A DNA stretch of 38,663 bases from a virus (IMGVR_UViG_3300032330_001921:1-38663), one strand, 5' to 3'. Numbered from the stretch's first letter, positions 17,717 to 25,767 are shown. Made by a program: numbers and translations. The notes: generated by a model from the sequence alone, not told the origin.

Positions 17717-17995
17717 ATGAATACACAAGTTACAATTATCGGCAAACAGCAGAGCGAAAAAACAAAAACTGCTATTAAATTCAAGTGTTTTTTGAATGAT
17801 GTCGATCCAAAGAGCAACAAGATATTGCACCTCGTAAGTGAAGAATATTTCCATCCACACTCATACAATTTCATCGAACTGATTTGCCGGGATTATATGC
17901 TTGGTTCTGATTTGATGTTTGCCTATAACGATCCAAATGATCGTAGTGTTGGGCGTTTATATATTGGTAACTTTAACGATGGTGTAGTGGAATAA
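17717..17995 (+). CDS. Hypothetical protein
   Basis: Packed ORF. Confidence 0.7.
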   Translation: MNTQVTIIGKQQSEKTKTAIKFKCFLNDVDPKSNKILHLVSEEYFHPHSYNFIELICRDYMLGSDLMFAYNDPNDRSVGRLYIGNFNDGVVE

Positions 17996-18000
17996 ATAAT

Positions 18001-18342
18001 ATGAGCTACATTGGCGTTGCCCCGCAAGATCAAGAGAACTTTCAACATAAGGTAGTTGAAGCTCAAATTGATTTTAGTAATTACATTTATCCTGATTCAA
18101 AAGAAAGTTACTGGGCAACTGTAGATCGCTACTGGCCCCAGATTAAAGATATTGTTTTGAAGTTTACTTATCTTGATCCAGATGACTTAGATAAGTGGGC
18201 AAAAGAAAGAAATTCTGAAATTGCAAGTGTTTTTAATGATGCTTGGTTTAATGCGCCAGACAATGGCAGGATTCATTTGATTCCTGCTTGGCATATCTTT
18301 TGTGATCTTTGTTCCGAAAGCTACTTACTCCATGAAAATTGA
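18001..18342 (+). CDS. Hypothetical protein
   Basis: 'AWFNAPD...IHLIPAWHIFCDLCSE'. Confidence 0.75.
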   Translation: MSYIGVAPQDQENFQHKVVEAQIDFSNYIYPDSKESYWATVDRYWPQIKDIVLKFTYLDPDDLDKWAKERNSEIASVFNDAWFNAPDNGRIHLIPAWHIFCDLCSESYLLHEN

Positions 18343-18514
18343 CAAAAAAAACCTCTTGACAGTGGGTCTGGCGGGGCTTATAAGCGCGACTCTGCTGGCT
18401 TTTGGACCTAAAGCGGGATATGTCCATTGTCAACTCTCAATTTGGCTGATGAAATTTTCGATAATTTCCCTTGCAATCTGGTTCTGCACCAGCGAGACTA
18501 GCAAAAATGAATAA
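18332..18514 (+). CDS. Hypothetical membrane protein
   Basis: Start at ATG 18332; two hydrophobic segments. Confidence 0.55.
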   Translation: MKIDKKNLLTVGLAGLISATLLAFGPKAGYVHCQLSIWLMKFSIISLAIWFCTSETSKNE

Positions 18515-18803
18515 GCTGGAGAAGGCCCGATACCGTAATATCTTGAAGAAGGCGGCAAAAGTTAATCGTCTTCTCAAGAAAGGTTATCTTGTATTTGATC
18601 ACTATGGAACCAAGACAGGAAAATTCAAATACTGTAAAAAACAAAAATACCTTTACCAAGGCAATGAGCAAGGCCGAGTAGTTTATGTAGGCAGGAAAGA
18701 GTCTCTCTGGATTTCTGCTCTTGGCATTCCCATTAAAGAGTATAATGCTAATCGCTTCGATAAATGGACAGCAGTTCATCCCAAAGATATCAAAAAGATT
18801 TAA
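18507..18803 (+). CDS. Hypothetical basic protein
   Basis: Start moved to ATG 18507. Confidence 0.7.
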   Translation: MNKLEKARYRNILKKAAKVNRLLKKGYLVFDHYGTKTGKFKYCKKQKYLYQGNEQGRVVYVGRKESLWISALGIPIKEYNANRFDKWTAVHPKDIKKI

Positions 18804-18808
18804 ATAAT

Positions 18809-18991
18809 ATGACAATTTATCTTGTTTATGGCTTAGACAGAGATGATTGTTGCGAAGAGCCTTATGTTAAAAAGGCTTTTGCTTGCGAAAAAGAAGCAGA
18901 AAAATACTGCGAATCAAATTCCGCATCTCTTTATGATAGAGACTGGTATGTTGCGGAAATGAAGCTAGAGCGGCCTCCTAATTTAGATTAA
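18809..18991 (+). CDS. Hypothetical protein
   Basis: Start moved to ATG 18809; 'IYLVY...KAF..EKEAEKYC' is typical of small phage proteins. Confidence 0.7.
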   Translation: MTIYLVYGLDRDDCCEEPYVKKAFACEKEAEKYCESNSASLYDRDWYVAEMKLERPPNLD

Positions 18992-18993
18992 CT

Positions 18994-19227
18994 ATGAAAG
19001 TAAAAGACTTAATTCAAGAATTACAAAAGCTCGACTCTGAGTTGCTTGTGGTAGTTGCAGGATACGAGGGAGGAGTAGATGAACTTAAGAATCTTACTCA
19101 ATATAAGATCGAATTAAATACCTATAAAGATTGGGCGTTTTTTGGAGATCATGCAGTTTTAGATGACATTGGACACAGATATAGTTTGTCTTCTACTATT
19201 GTTGACGGAGTAAAATTAGAAAAATAA
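18994..19227 (+). CDS. Hypothetical protein
   Basis: 'MKVKDLIQELQKLDSELLVVVAGYEGG' is a common phage N-terminus. Confidence 0.8.
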   Translation: MKVKDLIQELQKLDSELLVVVAGYEGGVDELKNLTQYKIELNTYKDWAFFGDHAVLDDIGHRYSLSSTIVDGVKLEK

Positions 19228-19229
19228 TT

Positions 19230-19544
19230 ATGAAAATTAAACACATCAATGGACTAGAAGTAGATACAGACAAATTGCCAGACATGGAAGCAATTGTAAT
19301 TGAAAAAGTAGAAGAGTTTAGGTTATTTTGTTTAGATAATAAAATTCCTTTTCTTTTATTTATTGACCCCAAGGGAGCCGCAAAGATAGGAGATTTTCTT
19401 TCTTTCTGGAACTATAGCAATAGATCAATAGAATATAAACAAGGAGATGCAATTAATATGTATCCCATATTTGTTTGTATTGATACTTATATTAGACACG
19501 TTTCAAACAATCAAATTGCTATAAAAGATATAAGCCAAGAATAA
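19230..19544 (+). CDS. Hypothetical protein
   Basis: Packed ORF. Confidence 0.7.
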   Translation: MKIKHINGLEVDTDKLPDMEAIVIEKVEEFRLFCLDNKIPFLLFIDPKGAAKIGDFLSFWNYSNRSIEYKQGDAINMYPIFVCIDTYIRHVSNNQIAIKDISQE

Positions 19545-19748
19545 ATGTCTTACATACTAGAAATAGAGACTCCTGTCTGCATTAATCTGTTTATTTATGA
19601 GAAAAATCATAAAGGACTGAAAAAAGCAATTTCTAGGGCAGAGGCATTTTTCCGCTTGCAACCTGACTCCGTTGCTCGTATCATGGACGATTTTGACAAT
19701 AGCGAAGTCTGGAGCAGTTGCGATGCCAATTGCCTTAAAAAAAGTTAA
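19545..19748 (+). CDS. Hypothetical protein
   Basis: Packed ORF. Confidence 0.65.
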   Translation: MSYILEIETPVCINLFIYEKNHKGLKKAISRAEAFFRLQPDSVARIMDDFDNSEVWSSCDANCLKKS

Positions 19749-19757
19749 ATTTACCTC

Positions 19758-19785
19758 TTGAAAAGCTGAAAAGACCTGATAAATT
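19758..19785 (+). promoter_or_regulatory. sigma70-like promoter (16-bp spacer, extended -10)
   Basis: TTGAAA-N16-TAAATT with TG at the extended position; 8 nt before ATG 19794. Confidence 0.6.
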
Positions 19786-19793
19786 CGTTCCCG

Positions 19794-19979
19794 ATGAAGA
19801 TTGCATCACTGACTGTCGATGACGTTGTTAAGCTCCGAGTTGCTCTTAACAATGCAGAAAACGCACTCAAGCGTCTCATGGCTACTGAAAGCAACTGGCA
19901 AGTTATCTATAATGGAGAACTTGAGCAAGTAAAAGAAGCCAGAGAAGCTCTCTCTAAGTCAATGCAGCGCGAACCATAA
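19794..19979 (+). CDS. Hypothetical protein
   Basis: 61-aa helical ORF directly after a promoter. Confidence 0.65.
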   Translation: MKIASLTVDDVVKLRVALNNAENALKRLMATESNWQVIYNGELEQVKEAREALSKSMQREP

Positions 19980-20012
19980 ACAAATAACTAAAACCCTCGA
20001 CTGTAAAAACGC

Positions 20013-20417
20013 ATGAATAAGAAAATTGTTTTGACCTTTGCCGCCTGTTCTGTTCTTCTGTTTGGCTTTTCTAAGAAGAGTTATTCTGATGCTGAACTGA
20101 TTAAAGCTATCCACAAGGTTGAATCTGGTGGCAGAACTGATAAGAAGATCGTTGGCGATGGCGGAAAAGCTATTGGACCACTTCAGATTCATTATGCAGC
20201 TTGGAAAGATGCTACAGACTTTGATAAGTCAATTGGGGGCAAATACTCAGATTGCAATAATTTAGAGTATTCAAAGAAGATTTTTGTTGCTTACATGAGC
20301 AGATATGCTAAGGGTAAAGACGCTGAAACTAAAGCCAGAATCTGGAATGGTGGCATTGCAGGAGCAGATAGTGGATCTACCAAGAAGTATTGGGCTAAAG
20401 TTAAAGCTAATCTTTAA
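20013..20417 (+). CDS. Secreted lysozyme-fold protein (i-type lysozyme/destabilase or SLT-like)
   Basis: Signal-like N-terminus; 'AIHKVESGG' (catalytic E), 'GDGGKAIGPLQIH..AWKDA', 'YMSRY', 'ARIWNGG', 'YWAKV'. Confidence 0.75.
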   Translation: MNKKIVLTFAACSVLLFGFSKKSYSDAELIKAIHKVESGGRTDKKIVGDGGKAIGPLQIHYAAWKDATDFDKSIGGKYSDCNNLEYSKKIFVAYMSRYAKGKDAETKARIWNGGIAGADSGSTKKYWAKVKANL

Positions 20418-20421
20418 TGAT

Positions 20422-20529
20422 ATGAATAATAATAACTTTGATAAGTTCTTTAATGTTATTTTGGGTTTGACTTGCGTTAATGTTATCCTTGGCATCATTG
20501 TAGTGTGTGTAGCACTTAATATTCTATAA
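20422..20529 (+). CDS. Small membrane peptide
   Basis: MNNNNFDKFFNVILGLTCVNVILGIIVVCVALNIL; one hydrophobic helix, directly after the lysozyme gene. Confidence 0.45.
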   Translation: MNNNNFDKFFNVILGLTCVNVILGIIVVCVALNIL

Positions 20530-20535
20530 AATAAT

Positions 20536-20907
20536 ATGGAAATTAAATTCAAAGACGGCAATTTGCAGATTGACTTACACAATCTTCTTGATAATATCAG
20601 GGAAGAAGATTTGAGTGAGTTTTTGGAGAGCATTTCCTGCAATGATAAGGTAATTAAACACGTTACCGATCAGATTCTTGACAAGTGGACAGAAAACGTC
20701 TACTCAGGAAGCTCAAACATCACTGCTTCCGCCGAGGTTTACTTTGGCCTTGACAAGGCATGGCGAGAGGTGGCAAAACGCTCAGGCGAGGTCGCAAAGC
20801 GCGAAATTGAGAGGCTAGAGGAAGCTCTCAAACGGCGCAATCAGGAGTATTTTGATCTAGTTAATGAGTTTTCAAGAAAGAACAGAGAAGGTAGATATCA
20901 GGATTAA
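20536..20907 (+). CDS. Hypothetical protein
   Basis: 123-aa ORF. Confidence 0.75.
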   Translation: MEIKFKDGNLQIDLHNLLDNIREEDLSEFLESISCNDKVIKHVTDQILDKWTENVYSGSSNITASAEVYFGLDKAWREVAKRSGEVAKREIERLEEALKRRNQEYFDLVNEFSRKNREGRYQD

Positions 20908-20910
20908 TTT

Positions 20911-21216
20911 ATGATGCATCCATACCATAAGTATGTTGTTTTATTTGATAGAGATTTAGACTTTATGGTCTCAGAATCTTTAGAAGGCAACGTGCTTGAT
21001 TCAGAAAATTTTGTAAAAAGAATTGAGTTTGATATAGTTCAGTTAAAGAAAAAGAATAAATTGTCTGAAGTTGAATTGAGAGAAAATGACTTGAGGATAG
21101 CCAAAAAAATACTATCTGAAAGTAAGCATAAGTTAGAACTCTGGTATTCCAAGCAAGTTACTCGTATTACTGAAGAGCAAAAAGAGGCTTTGTTTGATAA
21201 CAAAACAGTATCTTAA
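20911..21216 (+). CDS. Hypothetical protein
   Basis: 101-aa ORF ending at a terminator. Confidence 0.7.
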   Translation: MMHPYHKYVVLFDRDLDFMVSESLEGNVLDSENFVKRIEFDIVQLKKKNKLSEVELRENDLRIAKKILSESKHKLELWYSKQVTRITEEQKEALFDNKTVS

Positions 21217-21221
21217 AAGAC

Positions 21222-21259
21222 AAAAGAGCTAATTCGGGGCTGAGAATTAGTTCTTTTTT
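21222..21259 (+). terminator. Intrinsic terminator
   Basis: AAAAGAGCTAATTC...GAATTAGTTCTTTTTT. Confidence 0.65.
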
Positions 21260-21329
21260 GTTTCTTTTTAGATATAAATAAGGGTTAATAAGGTAACTAT
21301 TAGGGAAATATAGGGAGATCTAGTTATTT

Positions 21330-21416
21330 ATGTTATTTGAGACAGTATTGATGTTTATTTTAAGTGCTATTTTTATTGTTGCTTCTTTGGTGTTTTATAG
21401 TACGTTTGAGGACTAG
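21330..21416 (+). CDS. Putative membrane micropeptide (28 aa)
   Basis: MLFETVLMFILSAIFIVASLVFYSTFED. Confidence 0.35.
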   Translation: MLFETVLMFILSAIFIVASLVFYSTFED

Positions 21417-21679
21417 GAAAGCCACTGAAAAACAGCGTTTTTGTTGGCTTTTTATCAAATATTACATCTTTCCCATACAAGAATAAATAGAGATAAATAT
21501 AGGACTAAGTATAGAGTATAATATAAAGAAGAATAGATAGTAGATTATTAGAGTGTTTTGATTGAGGTGGTTCTGCCCCAAATATATATCTACAACTATA
21601 TTACTATATACTCATATAAGAAAAATCAACAAAAAGCCCAATAAAATGGCCCTTTTTTGCAATTTTGTCAAATAAAAAA

Positions 21680-21769
21680 ATGAGAAAAAATAAAAAAATA
21701 TTCTTGAATTACTTGTTATTTTGTGCAGCGTTAGCTGCTCTAGCTTTGTGTTTGTATTGTTTTCTATAG
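21680..21769 (+). CDS. Putative membrane micropeptide (29 aa)
   Basis: MRKNKKIFLNYLLFCAALAALALCLYCFL; basic N-terminus plus hydrophobic helix. Confidence 0.35.
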   Translation: MRKNKKIFLNYLLFCAALAALALCLYCFL

Positions 21770-21871
21770 GGGTTTTTATAAGATTTTCATAGGGGTAAAT
21801 ACAAAATAATAATAACTAAACTCCAAATATTAATCAAAATTGTACCTAATATAAGCAATAAAACAAAAATG

Positions 21872-22122
21872 TATTAGTTTTTCTCCGGGGTAAATAAGAA
21901 TAAACAAAGAAATTTTGCCCGAGACGGGGCTAAATAACCATTTTGTTGTATTTTTCAGAAATAAAATATGCAAAAATGCCAATGTTTATTAGGTTTTCTC
22001 CGGGTAAAATAGAATTTAATTTTAATTCTTATAGTTTCCTATATAGAGAATAATAACAATTTTGCGCGAATTTTGAGCAAATAGACTTAAATAAAGAAAT
22101 TTTGTGCGATTTTGAGCAAATA
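21872..22122. repeat. Imperfect direct repeats in an AT-rich non-coding tract
   Basis: TATTAG.TTTTCTCCGGG(G)TAAA.(T)AGAAT at 21872 and 21987; AATTTTG.GCGA(A)TTTTGAGCAAATA at 22058 and 22098; related AAAGAAATTTTGCCCGA at 21906. Confidence 0.7.
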
Positions 22123-22132
22123 AAGAACAAAT

Positions 22133-22264
22133 ATGGTAATAATAATAATGGGAGTTATAGTGTTAATTAGTAGTTTCGCTGCGAGTAATTCTTTGGGAAT
22201 GGTTTGTGGATTAATTATGGTGATGGGAGGGTGTTTCTTCGGGGACAATAATTATGAAAAATAA
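22133..22264 (+). CDS. Putative two-helix membrane peptide (43 aa)
   Basis: MVIIIMGVIVLISSFAASNSLGMVCGLIMVMGGCFFGDNNYEK. Confidence 0.4.
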   Translation: MVIIIMGVIVLISSFAASNSLGMVCGLIMVMGGCFFGDNNYEK

Positions 22265-22267
22265 ATC

Positions 22268-22295
22268 TTGCAGTCGGGGCAAAGTCTGGTAAGGT
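22268..22295 (+). promoter_or_regulatory. sigma70-like promoter (16-bp spacer, extended -10)
   Basis: TTGCAG-N16-TAAGGT, 7 nt before GTG 22303 (leaderless). Confidence 0.6.
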
Positions 22296-22302
22296 TTGAC
22301 TC

Positions 22303-22932
22303 GTGATTCTTGCAACTGCTCTTGAAATTGTGGGTGGCCTGTCCAGCCCGTCGAAAATGCCTTGCCATTCTTGGTCAACTCCTGCCAAGTATTGCAAGAC
22401 AGGAAAGAAACTTGCTCAGGTTTCCGGCTCTATCTGCGCAGATTGCTATGCAGCAAAGGGTTTCTATCGTATGCCCAACGTCAAAAACTGTTTGGAAAAG
22501 CGATTCCAGTCTCTTTCCAATCCTGAATGGGTAAAGGCAATGACTTTGTCAATCTCAGGGTCGGAAGGGTCGGGCTTTTTTCGTTGGCATGACTCTGGAG
22601 ACATCCAATCTCTTGAGCATTTGGAAATGATTGTTCAAGTAGCTAAAAACCTACCTACAATAAAGTTCTGGATACCAACAAGAGAATATTCTTTTGTTTC
22701 TGATTACTTAAAGAAACACGGGGCTTTTCCTGATAACTTAACTGTTCGTTTATCTGCTTACATGGTAGACGGTCAGCCTCCGGTTGCCTTAGCTAATCGC
22801 TTGGGCTTAACTACTTCAGGAGTCGCCACCACTGGGTTTAATTGTCCAGCTAATACGCAAGGCAACAAATGTTTATCTTGCCGCGCTTGCTGGGACAAGA
22901 ATGTTAACAATATCAACTACAAAAAACACTAA
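22303..22932 (+). CDS. GP88-family protein (Cys-rich, radical-SAM-like)
   Basis: 'GGLSSPSKMPCHSWSTPAKYC..G.KLA...SICADCYA', 'FFRWHDSGDIQS', 'FWIPTRE', 'NLTVRLSA', 'CPA...C.SCRACWD'. Confidence 0.85.
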   Translation: MILATALEIVGGLSSPSKMPCHSWSTPAKYCKTGKKLAQVSGSICADCYAAKGFYRMPNVKNCLEKRFQSLSNPEWVKAMTLSISGSEGSGFFRWHDSGDIQSLEHLEMIVQVAKNLPTIKFWIPTREYSFVSDYLKKHGAFPDNLTVRLSAYMVDGQPPVALANRLGLTTSGVATTGFNCPANTQGNKCLSCRACWDKNVNNINYKKH

Positions 22933-22940
22933 ATCTTTTT

Positions 22941-23081
22941 TAACTAAACCAGCAACGATTCAATAACAAAGAGAGCAAATTGCACTGGATCAAGTAGTTA
23001 TTGATAAAGAAATTGCATAAGAAACAAGCTCAGGTAAGAGATTGCTCCCGGTAGGCCACAGCCTCTGTTTCAGTTTAGTTA
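22941..23081 (+). ncRNA. Putative multi-stem structured RNA
   Basis: TAACTAAAC/GTTTAGTTA closing stem, TCAATAAC/GTTATTGA, GAAACA/TGTTTC, and a crossing GAGCAA/TTGCTC. Confidence 0.4.
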
Positions 23082-23094
23082 TTCTTTTCTATTT

Positions 23095-23154
23095 ATGGCT
23101 CCTTATTTGATTTTTATTTTTCTTGTTTGGCTTATATTTGAATTGCTAGAATAA
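23095..23154 (+). CDS. Putative membrane micropeptide (19 aa)
   Basis: MAPYLIFIFLVWLIFELLE. Confidence 0.35.
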   Translation: MAPYLIFIFLVWLIFELLE

Positions 23155-23196
23155 TAATAAAAGAGAACAATAATAATAAAAAGCTTTAATAATAAT

Positions 23197-23301
23197 ATGC
23201 AAATAGATCCTGAACACTTAGAAGGTTTTTGGAATAAGTTTATTATTTGTTTGACTATAGTAGTTTGGTTAATGTTTTTTATGGGCCGAAAAAGTTCTTG
23301 A
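23197..23301 (+). CDS. Putative membrane micropeptide (34 aa)
   Basis: MQIDPEHLEGFWNKFIICLTIVVWLMFFMGRKSS. Confidence 0.45.
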   Translation: MQIDPEHLEGFWNKFIICLTIVVWLMFFMGRKSS

Positions 23302-23322
23302 AATACCAGCCCCACCCATGTC

Positions 23323-23526
23323 ATGCTGAGTCCCGCAATGAGAACCTTAGAGCTAGACCAAAACAAAGACGGGCAATGGAAGTACCGCATCATCGAAACC
23401 ATTGGGAACGAAAGGAGAACCTTAGTTGATTGGGAATGGGGAACTTACGAAGAAAAGGAAACAATCGAACAAGCACAAGAGCGATTTGGTAGTTTTGATA
23501 AGATTTACATTTTAGATTGGATTTAA
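23323..23526 (+). CDS. Hypothetical protein
   Basis: 67-aa ORF; the start could be the internal ATG (MRTLEL). Confidence 0.65.
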   Translation: MLSPAMRTLELDQNKDGQWKYRIIETIGNERRTLVDWEWGTYEEKETIEQAQERFGSFDKIYILDWI

Positions 23527-23535
23527 TTTAGGAAA

Positions 23536-23562
23536 ACCCTTGGGGTCAGGGTCAAAAGCCCC
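23536..23562 (+). ncRNA. Compact H-type pseudoknot, copy 1
   Basis: S1 ACCCT/AGGGT, S2 GGGGT/GCCCC, loop 3 CAAAA. Confidence 0.6.
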
Positions 23563-23572
23563 GCATAACAAT

Positions 23573-23761
23573 ATGAAAATGGAAATTGACACATCAGATT
23601 TGACTATTCCTTTGAGGTACTACAGGGGATGGGACATTGAGTTCACTACTAGAACAGAAAAGTTCAACTCTCCTCTTCTTTGTTTGTATGGTTTTTCTTC
23701 TGTAGTGGATTTGGAAAAAGCAATTGACTATGCTCTGGAAAAGCGGGCAAAAGCAAAATAA
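23573..23761 (+). CDS. Hypothetical protein
   Basis: Start moved to ATG 23573, just after pseudoknot copy 1. Confidence 0.65.
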   Translation: MKMEIDTSDLTIPLRYYRGWDIEFTTRTEKFNSPLLCLYGFSSVVDLEKAIDYALEKRAKAK

Positions 23762-23768
23762 GAAAACA

Positions 23769-23794
23769 ACCTTGGGGTCAGGTCAAAAAGCCCC
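23769..23794 (+). ncRNA. Compact H-type pseudoknot, copy 2
   Basis: S1 ACCT/AGGT, S2 GGGGT/GCCCC, loop 3 CAAAAA. Confidence 0.6.
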
Positions 23795-23803
23795 GTTTAT
23801 TAA

Positions 23804-24025
23804 ATGAAAATCTTACATAAAAATACTACTTTTGAAACAAATACCATAATTTTGTTAAATGATATCAAATATCTGATTACTACCAGAGGCGAATTATTCC
23901 CAGATAATAAAAAAAGTAAGGCAATTACTTTTGACTTTAAGAGACTAGATGGAGTTAAGCTAACAAATAAAGAAGAAAAGATTGGCGACAAAATCTTTGA
24001 TGAAATAATAAAGGATCAAAAATGA
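23804..24025 (+). CDS. Hypothetical protein
   Basis: 73-aa ORF after pseudoknot copy 2. Confidence 0.6.
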   Translation: MKILHKNTTFETNTIILLNDIKYLITTRGELFPDNKKSKAITFDFKRLDGVKLTNKEEKIGDKIFDEIIKDQK

Positions 24026-24132
24026 TAGTTATTCTTGTAATGGTATTGATTTTTCTAATGATGAATAACAAATAACATTAGAATAATAACCGAATAATAA
24101 TAAATAACTGAAATAATAATAAAGTAAACAAA

Positions 24133-24165
24133 GGGAGCGCGGAGCGTACACCAGCCCGCGCTCCC
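24133..24165. repeat. GC-rich inverted repeat after an AAT tract
   Basis: GGGAGCGCGG-N13-CCGCGCTCCC. Confidence 0.7.
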
Positions 24166-24215
24166 GTGCAAGAGAAAAGCCCAGAAACAGGGCAAAAAAT
24201 TGCATAAAATATTTA

Positions 24216-24243
24216 TTGCAAATCTCAGGAAGTGGGCTAAGGT
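24216..24243 (+). promoter_or_regulatory. sigma70-like promoter (16-bp spacer)
   Basis: TTGCAA-N16-TAAGGT. Confidence 0.6.
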
Positions 24244-24286
24244 AGTGGGGTCGGTGGGAATTAACCCCCTGACTAACCATTGAAAA

Positions 24287-24817
24287 ATGATCGTTGATAA
24301 GATTAGTTCGCAAGCGGGATTGGCTCGCTTCGCGTCATTCACCTACCAGAGCAAAACGACTGGTGAGGTTGCCCGATACACAATCCAGTTGGGTTTCTCA
24401 TACAAGAATTGCTTGGAAAAGAGCAAGCTGGCTTTGGAAATCGAATCTGGTTCACTTAGTGGATTGGATAAGCAAGCGGCGGAAGAATTGCTTAACAGTT
24501 TCACTGCTTCCCTGAATGGGACGCAAGAGAATTACACAAAGGAACACGTTTACGTTGACGTGTCTGATTCGTCTGGCAAAACTGTTCAGGGAATTAAGCG
24601 AAACATTAATGACGGTTCACTTCAGATTTTTGGTTTGCTTCACAGCAAAGTCCAGATTACTCCCCCAACTATCGAAGACAAACCAGTTAAGTCCCGCCCC
24701 CTCACTATTGCCAAAAACAAACTGCGAAAGGATCTCCCTGTGGGTAAGTTTAGGGAATTCGCTTTGGAAAACCTCAATGTAGTTAAACTGAATGGCGAGA
24801 CTTTGGAACTTGCCTAA
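24287..24817 (+). CDS. Hypothetical protein, paralog of 11781..12311
   Basis: Collinear similarity over the full 176 aa. Confidence 0.85.
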   Translation: MIVDKISSQAGLARFASFTYQSKTTGEVARYTIQLGFSYKNCLEKSKLALEIESGSLSGLDKQAAEELLNSFTASLNGTQENYTKEHVYVDVSDSSGKTVQGIKRNINDGSLQIFGLLHSKVQITPPTIEDKPVKSRPLTIAKNKLRKDLPVGKFREFALENLNVVKLNGETLELA

Positions 24818-24829
24818 CGATAACTAAAC

Positions 24830-24853
24830 GGGAGCGGGGCAGTCCCCGCTCCC
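24830..24853 (+). other. Strong intergenic hairpin without a U-tail
   Basis: GGGAGCGGGG-CAGT-CCCCGCTCCC. Confidence 0.65.
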
Positions 24854-24880
24854 TAACTTCAACAATTAACTAAACAAAAA

Positions 24881-25717
24881 ATGAACTATCCTGTCAAAAA
24901 CGCTCTTCGTCAACTGGTTTGCAAAGTCTATGATGCAGCCACCAAAGACAAACAAACAATCACAACTGTTTCACTACCGGGTGATTGCTGGGAGTTTGAG
25001 CATTTTGTTAATGATAATTATAACTTCCGTAAGTCGTTTGGCAATCCAATCAAAAAAATAGATAACCACCTCTTTGAGAGAAACAAAATAATCTTTGATA
25101 CTAATCAAGGAACAGCCAAAGAGTTTACTGATACAGGTATCTTTTATTACTACAATCAGGAAGTTAAGCATAACGATGAAGACTTCTTTCCCACTGAGAG
25201 TGAGTGTGTTTTTACTTGGTTTGATTTCTGCGGCAATCCTAATTTCTTTAATCTGAATTACTGCCATAGCTGGACAGCAAAGCAAACTCACTTACTTACT
25301 TTTAATCTCGCTTGGCGTTGTTCAGATAATATCCCAACAGATATCTTAACTGCCTGTAAATACCAAACCAAACAACAAGCAGTTCTTGATTATCTGCAAA
25401 AGGTTATTGATACAGAATACAAAGAGTTTAGGTATCAGATTGCATTTTCTATTCCTTATGTGTCTAATCACACACCAATGATTCTTATTTGTATAACTAA
25501 TGATATCGGGGTGATTATTGAAGATTATGGTCTCTGCCAGAAAACAGAAAAGCTACCTGCTCCCCCTGCTCTTATTAAAGTTAAAGCAGATAAACAAGAT
25601 ATCTATTCTGATTTACTAAGCGGCATGAGTGACAAAGAGGCTATGGATAAGCATTCGCTTAAGACCATGCAACTAGCGGCGCACAAAGCATGGTTAACTA
25701 TGTGGGGTAAATGGTAG
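24881..25717 (+). CDS. Hypothetical protein, possibly methyltransferase-like fold
   Basis: 278 aa; 'TVSLPG', 'HLFERN' and 'FTWFDFCG' are spaced like Rossmann MTase motifs (weak); C-terminal helical 'LAAHKAWLTM'. Confidence 0.7.
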   Translation: MNYPVKNALRQLVCKVYDAATKDKQTITTVSLPGDCWEFEHFVNDNYNFRKSFGNPIKKIDNHLFERNKIIFDTNQGTAKEFTDTGIFYYYNQEVKHNDEDFFPTESECVFTWFDFCGNPNFFNLNYCHSWTAKQTHLLTFNLAWRCSDNIPTDILTACKYQTKQQAVLDYLQKVIDTEYKEFRYQIAFSIPYVSNHTPMILICITNDIGVIIEDYGLCQKTEKLPAPPALIKVKADKQDIYSDLLSGMSDKEAMDKHSLKTMQLAAHKAWLTMWGKW

Positions 25718-25729
25718 TTTAGTTTAGTT

Positions 25730-25755
25730 TCCTTGGGGTTAGGATAAAAAGCCCC
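25730..25755 (+). ncRNA. Compact H-type pseudoknot, copy 3
   Basis: S1 TCCT/AGGA, S2 GGGGT/GCCCC, loop 3 TAAAAA. Confidence 0.6.
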
Positions 25756-25767
25756 TCTTTTAATAAT

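Noticed and set aside
23536-23562. Pseudoknot as a preQ1-I riboswitch or frameshift signal
   Set aside because: Lacks the preQ1-I conserved loop sequence; lies after stop codons with no in-frame slippery heptamer.
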